Shown here piece by piece: positions 50,892-61,734 of a DNA stretch of 64,000 nt (the first letter of the stretch is position 1; each line of letters starts with the position of its first letter). The position numbers and the translations under genes were made by a program. Source of the stretch: Flavobacteriales bacterium (GTDB taxonomy: Bacteria; Bacteroidota; Bacteroidia; Flavobacteriales_E; Vicingaceae); NCBI GenBank assembly GCA_020635815.1, contig JACJZB010000006.1, positions 40,192 through 104,191 on the forward strand. The letters run 5' to 3'. The notes beneath the pieces were generated by a model. The model was not told the origin of the DNA. It saw nothing but the letters and a program-made list of their open reading frames with translations, and ran no database searches.

Positions 50892-51016
50892 ATTTCCTGT
50901 TTTTGTTAGTTTAACAAATATAGATGAAAAAGTTTGAAATCAAATTATAAATATACATTGTTGATAGTTAGGCATTTATTAACATTTTTATATCCTTTTT
51001 AGATTTAAAAAGAAAG

Positions 51017-51038
51017 AGGGAGGTTATATAACCTCCCT
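51017..51038. terminator. Terminator-like hairpin after DUF4476 gene
   Basis: AGGGAGGTTA-TA-TAACCTCCCT. Confidence 0.7.
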
Positions 51039-51043
51039 TATTT

Positions 51044-51856
51044 TTAGGTGTATTGCAGCAGATAATGGTTTAGATTTTCTACTGAACTTCCAAAAGTAAA
51101 TTGTTCATTAACCATAAAATAATTGTGTTTATCTACCGTTTTTTCATAAGCAACTTTTGCAAGAGCTAGTTTATAAGAATCAAAACTAAATTGGCTCATC
51201 AGTATTGCAATGTGCTCTGTTGTAAAAAAATTATCTCTCAAAGCTTGCTTCACAATAATTAATTTTGTTGCATCAAAACTAGTATTTCCAACAACTGTTA
51301 ATAAATGAGCAAAACTAGGTTCTGATATAACAACAGGCGTGTTGTCGAAGTATGGATTTAAATTATTACCATAGTTTCCACCATATCCAAAATCATTAAA
51401 ACCGTTAGAATTATCACAACTACAACTATATCCATTTTCAAAACCACATGTTCCTTGATGCCCATGATTATAATGATTGCCACTATAATGTCCGTTATTA
51501 TTTTTAAATATATTTAAATCAAGTTTTCTATGTTTATTTACTACAGCTATTACTTCTGAGTTTTTAGGGATATTAATTGTTCCATTATATAAAACTCTTT
51601 TTAAACCTCCATACCCATGATTATTTGGCGTTAAAGTTATTACCTGAATATGATGAATTCCCGGAGTGATATTTGCCAAGTCGAATTGAGTAGATTTAGC
51701 AAAAGTGTGGTTATCAAAAACAACACTAAACGCTGCATGATTCCATAATGTTAAATTTAAATTTGACGTAGAATTATTATTTCCATTATAACTATAAGCA
51801 CTTGCAAAGGTAATTACACCAAAAATTGCGATAAAAATTAAACTTAGCTTTTTCAT
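51044..51856 (-). CDS. DUF4476 domain exported protein
   Basis: SFDATKL...FTTEHIA.LM.QFSFDSYKLALAK.AY...D..NY. Confidence 0.82.
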   Translation of the reverse strand: MKKLSLIFIAIFGVITFASAYSYNGNNNSTSNLNLTLWNHAAFSVVFDNHTFAKSTQFDLANITPGIHHIQVITLTPNNHGYGGLKRVLYNGTINIPKNSEVIAVVNKHRKLDLNIFKNNNGHYSGNHYNHGHQGTCGFENGYSCSCDNSNGFNDFGYGGNYGNNLNPYFDNTPVVISEPSFAHLLTVVGNTSFDATKLIIVKQALRDNFFTTEHIAILMSQFSFDSYKLALAKVAYEKTVDKHNYFMVNEQFTFGSSVENLNHYLLQYT

Positions 51857-51901
51857 AACTTGGTCCTCCTATAATTTTAATTAATAATTACTAGCACAGT
51901 T

Positions 51902-51917
51902 TCAATTAACATGCCAA
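51902..51917 (-). promoter_or_regulatory. Sigma54-like -24/-12 promoter
   Basis: Minus strand TTGGCATGTTAATTGA. Confidence 0.45.
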
Positions 51918-52026
51918 AAGCAAAAACCTAGCAAATTCAATTATCAAGATATATTACCGTTAACACTTTTTAACTTTCCTCACTATTAAAAATCACTATA
52001 TTTGTTTATACATCAATTTAAATTTT

Positions 52027-53622
52027 ATGAAATACCTATATATAACAGCCATATTTTTAATTTCAATATTTAACTCAAATTCAGTTAAAGCTCAATACGG
52101 AACCGAAGGAGGGCGTAAATTTGACGCTTTACTTCAGTACATCAACTACGCTTATGTTGATTCTACCGATGAAAACAAACTTGTTGAAGATGCTATTGTT
52201 AATGTTTTAAAAGAATTAGACCCTCATTCCGTTTACATTCCTGCTGATGAATTAAAAAAAATGAACGAACCATTAGTGGGTAATTTTGAAGGTGTTGGTA
52301 TTCAATTTAACATTTTAAAAGACACTTTAATAGTTGTCTCTCCTATATCTGGAGGTCCGTCAGAAAAAGTAGGCATTTTAGCTGGAGACAAAATCATAAC
52401 AGTTGACGGAGTTGGCATTGCTGGTGTTGGATTAAAAAATAGTGATGTACAAGATAAATTAAGAGGAAAAAAAGGAACTAAAGTTAATGTTGGTGTACAG
52501 CGAGGAAAAAATAAAGAACTACTAGATTTTACCATTACTAGAGATGAAATTCCCATTTTTAGTGTTGATGCATCTTACATGGCAACTCCAGATATTGGCT
52601 ATATAAAAGTTAATCGTTTTGCAAAAAACACAGACGAAGAATTTAAAGAAGGATTAAAAAAACTTCAAGCACAAAAAATGAAACACCTTATTATTGACTT
52701 AAGCGGTAATGGTGGTGGTTATTTAAAAACAGCTATTCAACTAGCAGATGAGGTTTTAGATGATAAAAAATTAATTGTTTTTACTGAAGGTACAAAAAGT
52801 CCAAAACAAGAATATTACACATCAACTACTGGTGGGTTTGAAAAAGGAAAACTAGTCATATTAATTGATGAAGGGTCTGCTTCGGCTTCAGAAATTGTAA
52901 CTGGGGCAGTTCAAGATTACGACAGAGGTTTAGTGATTGGAAGGCGTTCTTTTGGAAAAGGATTGGTTCAAAAACCATTTAGCTTAACAGATGGTTCTGC
53001 TGTTCGTTTAACTGTCGCTCGTTATTTCACTCCTTCAGGAAGATGTATTCAACGCTCTTACGAGGATGGAAAAGATGAATACTACAATGAATTAGCAAGA
53101 CGATACGAACATGGAGAGTTAATGAATGAAGATAGTATTCATTTTCCTGACTCGCTAAAATATCAAACGCTAAACAGTAAAAGAACCGTTTATGGTGGTG
53201 GTGGAATTATGCCTGACATTTTTATTCCTATTGACACTACTATGTATTCTGAATATTTTGGATTAGTTAATCGTAAAGGTTTATTTAATGAGTTCACTTT
53301 ATTATTTATGGATAACAACCGAGCTCGATTAGAAGGAAAATACAAATCGATTGAAGATTTTTCTGCTAACTTTAACGCAGAAGAAGAATTATTTAAAGGT
53401 TTTATAGACTATGCTGAAAAAAATGAAATTGAACCTAAAGAAGATGAAATCAATACTTCAAAAACATTAATTTTAACCCGTTTAAAAGGATTGGTAGCTC
53501 GTAACCTTTGGGGAACTTCAGCATATTATCAAATTGCAAATACTTTAAACAACTCCTACTTAAAAGCTATTGAAGAAATAAATAGCGATTCTTTTAAAAA
53601 GGAAAAATTAGTTTACAATTAA
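52027..53622 (+). CDS. S41 family C-terminal processing peptidase
   Basis: LDPHS, PDZ, DLSGNGGG, SASASEI and FGKGLVQ. Confidence 0.93.
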   Translation: MKYLYITAIFLISIFNSNSVKAQYGTEGGRKFDALLQYINYAYVDSTDENKLVEDAIVNVLKELDPHSVYIPADELKKMNEPLVGNFEGVGIQFNILKDTLIVVSPISGGPSEKVGILAGDKIITVDGVGIAGVGLKNSDVQDKLRGKKGTKVNVGVQRGKNKELLDFTITRDEIPIFSVDASYMATPDIGYIKVNRFAKNTDEEFKEGLKKLQAQKMKHLIIDLSGNGGGYLKTAIQLADEVLDDKKLIVFTEGTKSPKQEYYTSTTGGFEKGKLVILIDEGSASASEIVTGAVQDYDRGLVIGRRSFGKGLVQKPFSLTDGSAVRLTVARYFTPSGRCIQRSYEDGKDEYYNELARRYEHGELMNEDSIHFPDSLKYQTLNSKRTVYGGGGIMPDIFIPIDTTMYSEYFGLVNRKGLFNEFTLLFMDNNRARLEGKYKSIEDFSANFNAEEELFKGFIDYAEKNEIEPKEDEINTSKTLILTRLKGLVARNLWGTSAYYQIANTLNNSYLKAIEEINSDSFKKEKLVYN

Positions 53623-53635
53623 AATTATATTCAAA

Positions 53636-54160
53636 ATGAAAGAAAACATTAAAATTGGACTTTTAGGTATCATTGCACTAACACTTATCTTTGATACTTT
53701 TATCATGGATAATAATACATCCAACAAATCATCAAATGTAGTTTCTAGTAATATAGTAGCTAACCCTACCCCCCCAACTAACAACATAATACCTGAAAAG
53801 GTTATTACATCACCTACTACAACACCCCCAACTCCGAATAGACCAACAACTAAAATTAGTTTTGCTAATGCAAGCCATAATTTTGGAGAAATAATGCAAG
53901 ATTCTAAAAATACCTATGTATTTAAGTTTACAAATACTGGTAAAGAACCTTTAGTAATTGAAAATGCAAAAGGCTCGTGTGGTTGTACTGTACCTACCTA
54001 CCCTAAAGAACCTATAGCACCTGGAGCAACAGGAGAAATTGAAGTCGTATATAGCCCTGGCAAACAACAAGGAGAACAAAACAAAACTGTTTCTATAACT
54101 GCAAATACAGAACCTAATATAACAACCTTAAACATTTCGGCAACAGTAAAAACACTATAA
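53636..54160 (+). CDS. DUF1573 domain protein
   Basis: FKFTNTGKEPL.I...GSCGCT. Confidence 0.88.
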   Translation: MKENIKIGLLGIIALTLIFDTFIMDNNTSNKSSNVVSSNIVANPTPPTNNIIPEKVITSPTTTPPTPNRPTTKISFANASHNFGEIMQDSKNTYVFKFTNTGKEPLVIENAKGSCGCTVPTYPKEPIAPGATGEIEVVYSPGKQQGEQNKTVSITANTEPNITTLNISATVKTL

Positions 54161-54432
54161 TCCTTTCTTATCATCTTTTATTTGTTATAAACGTTTGCAA
54201 CAGTTGCAACAAGTAAGTATTTTTTTGTATTTGTAGCTTTTAACTAAAGTTTTGTAATTCCGTTTATTGCAGACACAAAAACTAAAAGTAATTCGGAATT
54301 TCTGATGCTCTCTGCTTCAAACATCCGCTTAGAATTATTTAATTAAAACCACCTTATAATTTCTATATTCTTAATACAGCTATCCTAATTATTTCTATTA
54401 ACTTTGCCCCCTTATTAATTTTAACTAAAAAG

Positions 54433-56379
54433 ATGATTAAAGTAACATTACCAGATGGCGCTGTGAAAGAACTACCAAAGGGAAGTTCGGCAATGGATGT
54501 GGCAAAAAGCATAAGCGAAGGCTTTGCAAGAAATGTAATTTCAGCAAAAGTAAATGACAAAACTGTTGAAGTAACCACACCTATTACCACCGATGCTAAT
54601 GTTACCCTATACACTTTCGATAACGAAGAAGGAAAAAAAGCTTTTTGGCATTCTTCTGCTCACATTTTAGCTCAAGCTTTAGAAAAATTATACCCGGGTA
54701 TAAAATTAACTATTGGACCAGCCATAGAAAATGGTTTTTATTACGATGTAGATTCAGGCGAACAAACCATTAGAGAAGAAGATTTTAAAAAAATAGAAGA
54801 TAAGTTTTTAGAATTAGCTCGTGAAAAGGCTGATTTTAGTTTACGTGAAGTTTCTAAGGCTGACGCTTTAGCTAAATATAAAGCAGAAGGTAATGAATAC
54901 AAAGTTGAGTTAATTGAAAACTTAAACGATGGTGAAATTACTTTTTGCGACCATTCAGATTTTACTGATTTATGTAGAGGTGGACACATTCCAAACACCG
55001 GAATTGTAAAAGCTGTAAAAATCATGAATGTTGCTGGTGCTTATTGGCGTGCCGACCAAACTAAAAATCAATTGGTTCGTGTTTATGGAATTTCTTTCCC
55101 TAAACAAAAAATGCTAACTGAATATTTAGAGTTATTAGAATTAGCAAAACAACGCGACCACCGTAAGTTAGGTAAAGAGTTAGAGTTGTTTACTTTTTCA
55201 GAAAAAGTTGGACAAGGTTTACCTTTATGGCTGCCAAAAGGAGCGATGCTACGTGAGCGTTTAGAAAACTTTTTGAAAAAAGCACAAGTAAAAGCAGGAT
55301 ATTTACCTGTAATTACTCCACACATTGGACATAAAGATTTATATGTTACTTCAGGGCATTACGAAAAGTATGGTGCAGATTCATTTCAATCAATTTTAAC
55401 TCCACACGAAGGTGAAGAGTTCTTGTTAAAACCTATGAACTGCCCACACCATTGTGAAATTTACAAAACATCACCTAAATCGTATAAAGATTTACCTGTT
55501 CGTTTTGCTGAATTTGGTACAGTTTATCGTTATGAACAAAGTGGTGAACTACATGGGTTAACTCGTGTAAGAGGATTTACACAAGATGATGCTCACTTAT
55601 TTTGTCGTCCCGACCAAGTGGAAGATGAATTTATGAAAGTAATTGATTTGGTGTTGTATGTTTTTGGTGCTTTAGGTTTCGAAGACTTTACAGCTCAAAT
55701 CTCATTAAGAGACCCTGACAATAAAGAAAAATACATTGGTTCTGATGAGAATTGGGAAAAAGCAGAGCAAGCAATTATAAACACAGCCAATGCCAAAGGA
55801 TTAAAAACTGTTGTAGAAACTGGCGAAGCAGCATTTTACGGACCTAAGTTAGACTTTATGGTTAAGGATGCCTTAGGAAGAAGCTGGCAATTAGGAACAA
55901 TACAAGTAGATTATAACTTACCAGAGCGTTTTGAATTAGAGTATAAAGGCAGTGATAACGAGATGCACCGCCCAGTAATGATACACCGAGCACCATTTGG
56001 CTCTATGGAACGTTTTGTTGCTGTTTTAATTGAACATTGTGGCGGAAATTTTCCCCTTTGGTTAACACCAGATCAAGTTGGAATTTTACCAGTTAGCGAA
56101 AAGTATAATGAAAATGCTCAAAATATTTTAAAATTGCTAAATAATTACGATATTCGCGGCTTCGTAGATGAACGAAACGAAAAAGTGGGCAGAAAGATTA
56201 GAGATGCAGAAGTGAGTAAAGTACCGTTTATGTTGATTATTGGTGAGAAAGAAGCTGAAACCAACATTGTTTCGGTAAGAAAACATGGTGAAGGAGATAT
56301 AGGAGAGTTTAGCATTGAAGAGTTTGCCAACATTATAAATAACGAAGTAAAAAAAGATTTAAATAGTAATAATAATTAA
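54433..56379 (+). CDS. thrS: Threonine--tRNA ligase
   Basis: TGS domain, [27 protein letters not shown] and GEAAFYGPK. Confidence 0.98.
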   Translation: MIKVTLPDGAVKELPKGSSAMDVAKSISEGFARNVISAKVNDKTVEVTTPITTDANVTLYTFDNEEGKKAFWHSSAHILAQALEKLYPGIKLTIGPAIENGFYYDVDSGEQTIREEDFKKIEDKFLELAREKADFSLREVSKADALAKYKAEGNEYKVELIENLNDGEITFCDHSDFTDLCRGGHIPNTGIVKAVKIMNVAGAYWRADQTKNQLVRVYGISFPKQKMLTEYLELLELAKQRDHRKLGKELELFTFSEKVGQGLPLWLPKGAMLRERLENFLKKAQVKAGYLPVITPHIGHKDLYVTSGHYEKYGADSFQSILTPHEGEEFLLKPMNCPHHCEIYKTSPKSYKDLPVRFAEFGTVYRYEQSGELHGLTRVRGFTQDDAHLFCRPDQVEDEFMKVIDLVLYVFGALGFEDFTAQISLRDPDNKEKYIGSDENWEKAEQAIINTANAKGLKTVVETGEAAFYGPKLDFMVKDALGRSWQLGTIQVDYNLPERFELEYKGSDNEMHRPVMIHRAPFGSMERFVAVLIEHCGGNFPLWLTPDQVGILPVSEKYNENAQNILKLLNNYDIRGFVDERNEKVGRKIRDAEVSKVPFMLIIGEKEAETNIVSVRKHGEGDIGEFSIEEFANIINNEVKKDLNSNNN

Positions 56380-56397
56380 TTATAGGAGGATTTAGTC

Positions 56398-56955
56398 ATA
56401 GCTAAGAGATTTCAAAATAAAGGACGATACGTAAAAAAAGAAGATTTACACAAAATCAACGACCGTATTACAGCAAGAGAAGTAAGAGTTATTGCTGATG
56501 ATGTTGAACCTGCAGTTTACCCAATTGCAGAAGCAATTGCACTTGCAGCAAGCAAAGAACTTGATTTAGTTGAGATTTCGCCTAATGCAGTCCCTCCCGT
56601 TTGTAAAATTATTGATTACAAGAAATTTTTATACGATCAAAAAAAGAAGCAAAAAGAAATTAAAGCTAAAGCTCAAAAAATGGTGGTTAAAGAAATTCGT
56701 TTCGGCCCCAACACAGATGAGCATGATTTTGATTTCAAGGTAAAGCACGCAGAGAACTTCATAAAAGAAGGGTCGAAAGTAAAGGCTTTTGTATTCTTTA
56801 AAGGTAGAACAATTGTTTTTAAAGAAAGAGGAGAAATTCTTTTATTAAAAATGGCTCAAGCCCTAGAAGAAATTGCAACGGTAGAATCTTTACCAAAATT
56901 AGAGGGCAAAAAAATGATTATGTTTTTAGCTCCTAAAAAAGTAAATAAAAAATAG
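56398..56955 (+). CDS. infC: Translation initiation factor IF-3 (non-AUG ATA start)
   Basis: Frame is open from ATA 56398 ([28 protein letters not shown]); GGAGGA at 56385-56390. Confidence 0.93.
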   Translation: MAKRFQNKGRYVKKEDLHKINDRITAREVRVIADDVEPAVYPIAEAIALAASKELDLVEISPNAVPPVCKIIDYKKFLYDQKKKQKEIKAKAQKMVVKEIRFGPNTDEHDFDFKVKHAENFIKEGSKVKAFVFFKGRTIVFKERGEILLLKMAQALEEIATVESLPKLEGKKMIMFLAPKKVNKK

Positions 56956-56977
56956 TTAACAATTAAATAATAATAGT

Positions 56978-57172
56978 ATGCCTAAAATGAAAACTGGTTC
57001 TAGTGCTAAGAAAAGATTCCGATTAACTGGAACCGGAAAAATTAAAAGAAAACATGCTTTTAAAAGTCACATCTTAACTAAGAAAACGACTAAACAAAAG
57101 CGTAATTTAACTAAAATGGGTCTTGTAGATTCTACAGACGAAAAAAGTATCAAATTACAATTAGGAATTTAA
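56978..57172 (+). CDS. rpmI: 50S ribosomal protein L35
   Basis: [19 protein letters not shown]. Confidence 0.97.
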   Translation: MPKMKTGSSAKKRFRLTGTGKIKRKHAFKSHILTKKTTKQKRNLTKMGLVDSTDEKSIKLQLGI

Positions 57173-57225
57173 TTCCTTTTTATTGTTTTCAATAAATCGG
57201 TTATCGTAAATTAAAAAAAGTATTA

Positions 57226-57275
57226 AAACCAGGTAATTAGTTTTAAGACTCAAAAAAGAGCACTAATTATCAAAA
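57226..57275 (+). promoter_or_regulatory. Possible L20 leader hairpin upstream of rplT
   Basis: GTAATTAGT/ACTAATTAT stem with an inner CTC/GAG pair; position matches r-protein leaders. Confidence 0.35.
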
Positions 57276-57287
57276 AACGTTAAAATT

Positions 57288-57635
57288 ATGCCTAGATCGG
57301 TAAACGCAGTAGCGTCAAGAGCAAGAAGAAAAAAAGTAATGAAGCAAGCCAAAGGTTTCTTTGGCAGAAGAAAAAATGTTTGGACAGTAGCAAAAAATGC
57401 TGTAGAAAAAGCAGGAGTTTATGCTTACGTTGGTAGAAAACAAAAGAAAAGAAACTTTAGAGCTTTATGGATTCAAAGAATTAATGCTGGTGCAAGAATG
57501 CACGGCATGTCTTATTCTAAATTTATGGGGGAATTAGCAAAAAAAGATATTCAATTGAATAGAAAAGTTTTAGCTGATTTAGCGATGAACCATCCAGAAG
57601 CTTTTAAAGCTGTGGTTGATTCAATCAAAAAATAA
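57288..57635 (+). CDS. rplT: 50S ribosomal protein L20
   Basis: [17 protein letters not shown] and [10 protein letters not shown]. Confidence 0.98.
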   Translation: MPRSVNAVASRARRKKVMKQAKGFFGRRKNVWTVAKNAVEKAGVYAYVGRKQKKRNFRALWIQRINAGARMHGMSYSKFMGELAKKDIQLNRKVLADLAMNHPEAFKAVVDSIKK

Positions 57636-57659
57636 ACCTACTATTACAAAATAAATATT

Positions 57660-57685
57660 AAAGGGAGCTTTTGCTCCCTTTTTTT
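57660..57685 (+). terminator. Terminator after rplT
   Basis: AAAGGGAGC-TTTT-GCTCCCTTTTTTT. Confidence 0.88.
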
Positions 57686-57722
57686 GTTTTATAAATTTAG
57701 CTTAAAACATTACATTTGATAA

Positions 57723-58508
57723 ATGCTAAATAACTTACTTTTTATAACCCTACGTTGGCTCGATGTTGTTGATATATTATTGGTATCAATAATTATGTAT
57801 CAACTATACAAACTGGTTAAAGGAACAGTTGCCATAAAAATTTTCTTAGGCATACTGGCCATATACTTGTTTTGGAAAATTGCAGCAGCATTAAAGATGG
57901 AACTGCTCAGCGAAATTTTAGGACAATTTATTGGTGTTGGAGTTATTGCTTTAATTGTAGTATTTCAACAAGAAATCAGACGGTTTCTACTCCTTATTGG
58001 AAATAATAGTATGTTTTCTGCTAAAAATAGAAGACTGTTTAAACTGCTACAAAATAATAAAGATGAGAAACAAGAATTAAATACACCTCAATTAATTTCT
58101 GCATCAAAAAATTTATCTCAATCTAAAACTGGTGCCTTAATCGTTCTCGACTTACATTCAGAGCTTAAAATTTACACCAATAATGGTGAAAAAATTAACG
58201 CAAAAATATCATCCTCTTTATTAGAAAATATTTTCTTTAAGAATAGCCCTCTACATGACGGCGGAGTTATTATTCAACACAATGAAATAAAAGCGGCTCG
58301 ATGTATTCTACCTGTTTCAGATAACCAATCCTTTCCAAGTCATTTTGGATTGCGTCATCGTTCTGCGGCTGGTATTACTGAAGTATCACAAGCAATCGCA
58401 ATTATAATATCTGAAGAAACTGGTAAAATTTCTTTTAGTAAACATGGAGAAATACAACACAACGTTAGCCTTGAAACGCTAGAGAAACTAATTTTAGCTG
58501 AATTGTGA
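57723..58508 (+). CDS. cdaA: Diadenylate cyclase CdaA/DacA
   Basis: 3 TM helices, FQQEIR, PLHDGG, GLRHR and SEETG. Confidence 0.9.
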   Translation: MLNNLLFITLRWLDVVDILLVSIIMYQLYKLVKGTVAIKIFLGILAIYLFWKIAAALKMELLSEILGQFIGVGVIALIVVFQQEIRRFLLLIGNNSMFSAKNRRLFKLLQNNKDEKQELNTPQLISASKNLSQSKTGALIVLDLHSELKIYTNNGEKINAKISSSLLENIFFKNSPLHDGGVIIQHNEIKAARCILPVSDNQSFPSHFGLRHRSAAGITEVSQAIAIIISEETGKISFSKHGEIQHNVSLETLEKLILAEL

Positions 58509-59995
58509 TTTCCTCACCACATACAAAAAAAGCTTTACTAGGCGTTCTCACCATTATATTAGCAATAGTTGTTTACCATTTAATTCCTGACGGATTCGGA
58601 CAAGCACCAATAATGGCATCTATAGTTGTTGTAATGGCAATGTGCTGGGTATTTGAAATACTACCCATTCCTGTTACTTCATTATTACCACTTATTTTGT
58701 TTCCCGTATTCGAAATAATGAATACCAAAGCTACGGCTTCTTTTTATGGCAAAGACATTATATTTCTATTTTTAGGAGGGTTTATTCTCGCTAAAGCACT
58801 ACAAGTAAGCAATCTACATCAACGAATAGCTTTACACATTTTAAACATTGTAGGTTCTCAGCATGCTCGGTTGGTGCTTGGTTTTATGATTACTACTGCT
58901 TTTTTAAGTATGTGGATTTCCAATACTTCGTCTGTAATGGTAATGATGCCTATCGCTATTTCTATTATTGAGCAAATAAAAAGCCATGATAAAGTCAATA
59001 AAGTAATAAGTAAACTTGCTGTAAGCATGATGCTTGGTATTGCCTATTCTGCCGATATTGGAGGAATGGCAACCTTAATTGGTACACCACCAAATATGGT
59101 TTTTGTGCAGATGTATCATGAGTTGTTTCCTGACTTAACTCCCGTAAGTTTTACACAATGGTTAATGCTCGGATTACCGCTTTCAATTACTTTTTTATTT
59201 ACAGGATGGCTTTTATTAACCAAGGTTATTTTTAGAATACCTAAAATAAATTTGTTTGAAAGTAAAAGCATTATTAAAAGCCAATTAAAAGGTTTAGGTA
59301 AAATGAACCAAGACGAATGGTTAACTGGTGCTGTTTTTAGTTTAGCCATCCTATTGTGGATAACTGGTTCAAACATCAGACTTTCAGATGATTTTATAAT
59401 AAAAGGTTGGCGTTCGGCATTTAACCTTGAAATGATAAGTGATGCTAGTATCGCCATTGGTACAGCCATTTTATTATTTATGATGCCTTCTAAAAAACGC
59501 AAAAATGAAATGCTCATAAAATGGGAACACATGAGAGATTTACCTTGGGGAATTTTGTTGTTATTTGGTGGAGGTTTTGCTTTAGCTGGTGGCTTTGAAG
59601 CTTCTGGACTCTCAAAAGTAATTGGTAATTTATTTATAGATGTAGATGTAAACTCTCCTATTGTTTTAGTAATAATTGTTTGTTTGATTTTAACATTGTT
59701 AACTGAACTTACATCAAACACCGCTACAACCAATTTAGTATTACCAATTTTAGCCAAAGCTAGTGTTGTACTAGGAATCGACCCACGAATTTTAATGATA
59801 CCAGCCACCCTATCTGCTAGTTGTGCTTTTATGATGCCTGTTGCCTCCCCTACTCAAGCTATTGTATTTGGGTCGGGTTACATACAAATTAAACAAATGG
59901 TGAGAGCTGGAATACTATTTAATTTACTCGGTATTATTGTAGTAACACTAAGTTTTTACTTATTAGCAGAGTTTGTTTTTGGAATTACTATCTAG
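58505..59995 (+). CDS. SLC13/DASS sodium:dicarboxylate or sulfate symporter
   Basis: SMWISNT, GTPPN, TELTSNTA and AFMMPVASP. Confidence 0.9.
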   Translation: MISSPHTKKALLGVLTIILAIVVYHLIPDGFGQAPIMASIVVVMAMCWVFEILPIPVTSLLPLILFPVFEIMNTKATASFYGKDIIFLFLGGFILAKALQVSNLHQRIALHILNIVGSQHARLVLGFMITTAFLSMWISNTSSVMVMMPIAISIIEQIKSHDKVNKVISKLAVSMMLGIAYSADIGGMATLIGTPPNMVFVQMYHELFPDLTPVSFTQWLMLGLPLSITFLFTGWLLLTKVIFRIPKINLFESKSIIKSQLKGLGKMNQDEWLTGAVFSLAILLWITGSNIRLSDDFIIKGWRSAFNLEMISDASIAIGTAILLFMMPSKKRKNEMLIKWEHMRDLPWGILLLFGGGFALAGGFEASGLSKVIGNLFIDVDVNSPIVLVIIVCLILTLLTELTSNTATTNLVLPILAKASVVLGIDPRILMIPATLSASCAFMMPVASPTQAIVFGSGYIQIKQMVRAGILFNLLGIIVVTLSFYLLAEFVFGITI

Positions 59996-60087
59996 TTTAC
60001 AATATTGTTTATAAGTTTTGAAATCTAAAATAGCGAAAATAATAGCTAATAATTAAGTTTGTTCTATTCAATAAAAAAATAGATAAA

Positions 60088-60456
60088 ATGAGTTTAGTAG
60101 TAAAAGGAAGAATTAGCAAAGTATTAGAAATGGAAACTGGAACCAGTAAAGCTGGTAAAGAATGGAAAAAACAAAGTTTTGTAATTGATACTGGAGATCA
60201 ATACAATCCTGAAGTTTGTTTCAGTTTATTTGGTGAAGATAAAATTAACATGTTGAGAAACTTTGGTGAAGGTCAAGAAGTAGAAGTTGCTTTTAACGTT
60301 TATTCAAGAGAATACAACGGAAAATACTACCACAACTTAGACGCATGGAAAATTAACGGAAGTGCTCAATTTGCTGCTGGTACTGGAGCGGCTCCTGCAC
60401 CAAGTGCTGCTGATGCACCAATGGCTGCTGGCGAAGAAGATGATTTGCCTTTCTAA
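60088..60456 (+). CDS. DUF3127 OB-fold protein (SSB-like acidic tail)
   Basis: EWKKQ.F, SREYNGKYY..L.AWKI; C-terminal EEDDLPF. Confidence 0.85.
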   Translation: MSLVVKGRISKVLEMETGTSKAGKEWKKQSFVIDTGDQYNPEVCFSLFGEDKINMLRNFGEGQEVEVAFNVYSREYNGKYYHNLDAWKINGSAQFAAGTGAAPAPSAADAPMAAGEEDDLPF

Positions 60457-60482
60457 TCCATTATTCTAAACATAGATATTAC

Positions 60483-60509
60483 AAAAAGTGCATTCGTGCA
60501 CTTTTTTTT
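60483..60509 (+). terminator. Terminator after DUF3127 gene
   Basis: AAAAAGTGCA-TTCG-TGCACTTTTTTT. Confidence 0.8.
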
Positions 60510-60520
60510 ATTCGTATTAA

Positions 60521-61666
60521 ATGAACAATTCTACATCATTTTCTTCTTTAGGGCTTCCGCACCAATTAGTTAAAAGGTTAGCAGAACAAAACTATACACA
60601 GCCCTATCCTATTCAGAGTGAAGCAATTCCTCCAATTATGGAAAAAAGAGATGTGTTGGGTATTGCAAAAACTGGTTCTGGTAAAACAGCAAGTTATGTT
60701 TTACCAATACTAGCCAACTTACAACATGCCAACCCTACAAAAAATAGACATATAAGTGTGCTAGTTCTAGTACCTACAAGAGAATTGGCTGGACAGGTAA
60801 ATGATGTAGTTCGATTGTTTAGCTCGGTTTTAACAACAAGAGTAAAATCGTTGGCTGTATTTGGTGGTGTATCAATAAATCCTCAAATGATAGCTTTACA
60901 AGGTGTAAACATACTTATTGCTACTCCAGGACGATTAATTGAATTGGTTGAATCTAAAGCTGTTCATTTAACTAATGTAGCGACTTTGGTTTTGGATGAA
61001 GCTGATAAAATGCTAAACCTTGGTTTTAAGGATGAAATGAACAAGATTTTTTCTTTACTTCCCAAAAAACGACAAAATCTTTTGTTTTCTGCTACACTTA
61101 GCGAAGATTTAAAGGATGTAAAGCAAGTTTTATTAGATGAGCCTGTTGTTATTAAAATTAAGGATGAAAGCGAAGAAATAGAACAAATTAATCAAACTGT
61201 ATATTTTGTAAATGAAGAGAAAAAAGGTCCTTTACTTCGTCATTTAATAAAAGAGAATAATTTATCACAAGTTTTAATTTTTGCAGCCTCAACTTACAAA
61301 GCTGATAACATTTCAAATAAGTTGCGTAAAAACGGAATCAATGCTTCTGCTATTCACAGCAAAAAAAGTCAAACCACAAGAACTGAAACACTAAGAAAAT
61401 TTAAAGAAGGTAAAATAAACGTATTAGTTGCTACCGATTTATTAGCCAGAGGAATTGACATTGAGTTTTTACCTTGTGTGATCAATTATGACTTACCTCG
61501 CTCTCCAAAAGATTACATTCATCGAATTGGTAGAACTGGTCGTGCTGAATCTTCGGGTGATGCAATTACCTTTGTTAATCCCGATGAGGAACATCATTTT
61601 AAAGTCATCCAAAAAAAGAGTGCTCAGTTTATTGAAGTTATCGAGTTAGCAGGTTTTACGGATTAA
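60521..61666 (+). CDS. DEAD-box RNA helicase
   Basis: AKTGSGKT, PTRELA, DEAD, SAT and HRIGRTGR. Confidence 0.95.
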   Translation: MNNSTSFSSLGLPHQLVKRLAEQNYTQPYPIQSEAIPPIMEKRDVLGIAKTGSGKTASYVLPILANLQHANPTKNRHISVLVLVPTRELAGQVNDVVRLFSSVLTTRVKSLAVFGGVSINPQMIALQGVNILIATPGRLIELVESKAVHLTNVATLVLDEADKMLNLGFKDEMNKIFSLLPKKRQNLLFSATLSEDLKDVKQVLLDEPVVIKIKDESEEIEQINQTVYFVNEEKKGPLLRHLIKENNLSQVLIFAASTYKADNISNKLRKNGINASAIHSKKSQTTRTETLRKFKEGKINVLVATDLLARGIDIEFLPCVINYDLPRSPKDYIHRIGRTGRAESSGDAITFVNPDEEHHFKVIQKKSAQFIEVIELAGFTD

Positions 61667-61680
61667 AACAATAGTTTCAT

Positions 61681-61709
61681 TCCCCTCCTTGGAGGGGTTA
61701 GGGGTGGGT
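61681..61709. repeat. GC-rich REP-like intergenic hairpin
   Basis: TCCCCTCCTTGGAGGGGTTAGGGGTGGGT in an AT-rich gap between convergent genes. Confidence 0.4.
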
Positions 61710-61734
61710 AAAAAACCTTAAAGATTTATCAAAC

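Noticed and set aside
54165-54430. Weak hairpins upstream of thrS as T-box or ncRNA
   Set aside because: No T-box consensus or convincing terminator/antiterminator; stems are short and AT-rich
59116-59808. 230-aa minus-strand ORF
   Set aside because: Antisense to the well-supported SLC13 transporter; no recognisable motifs
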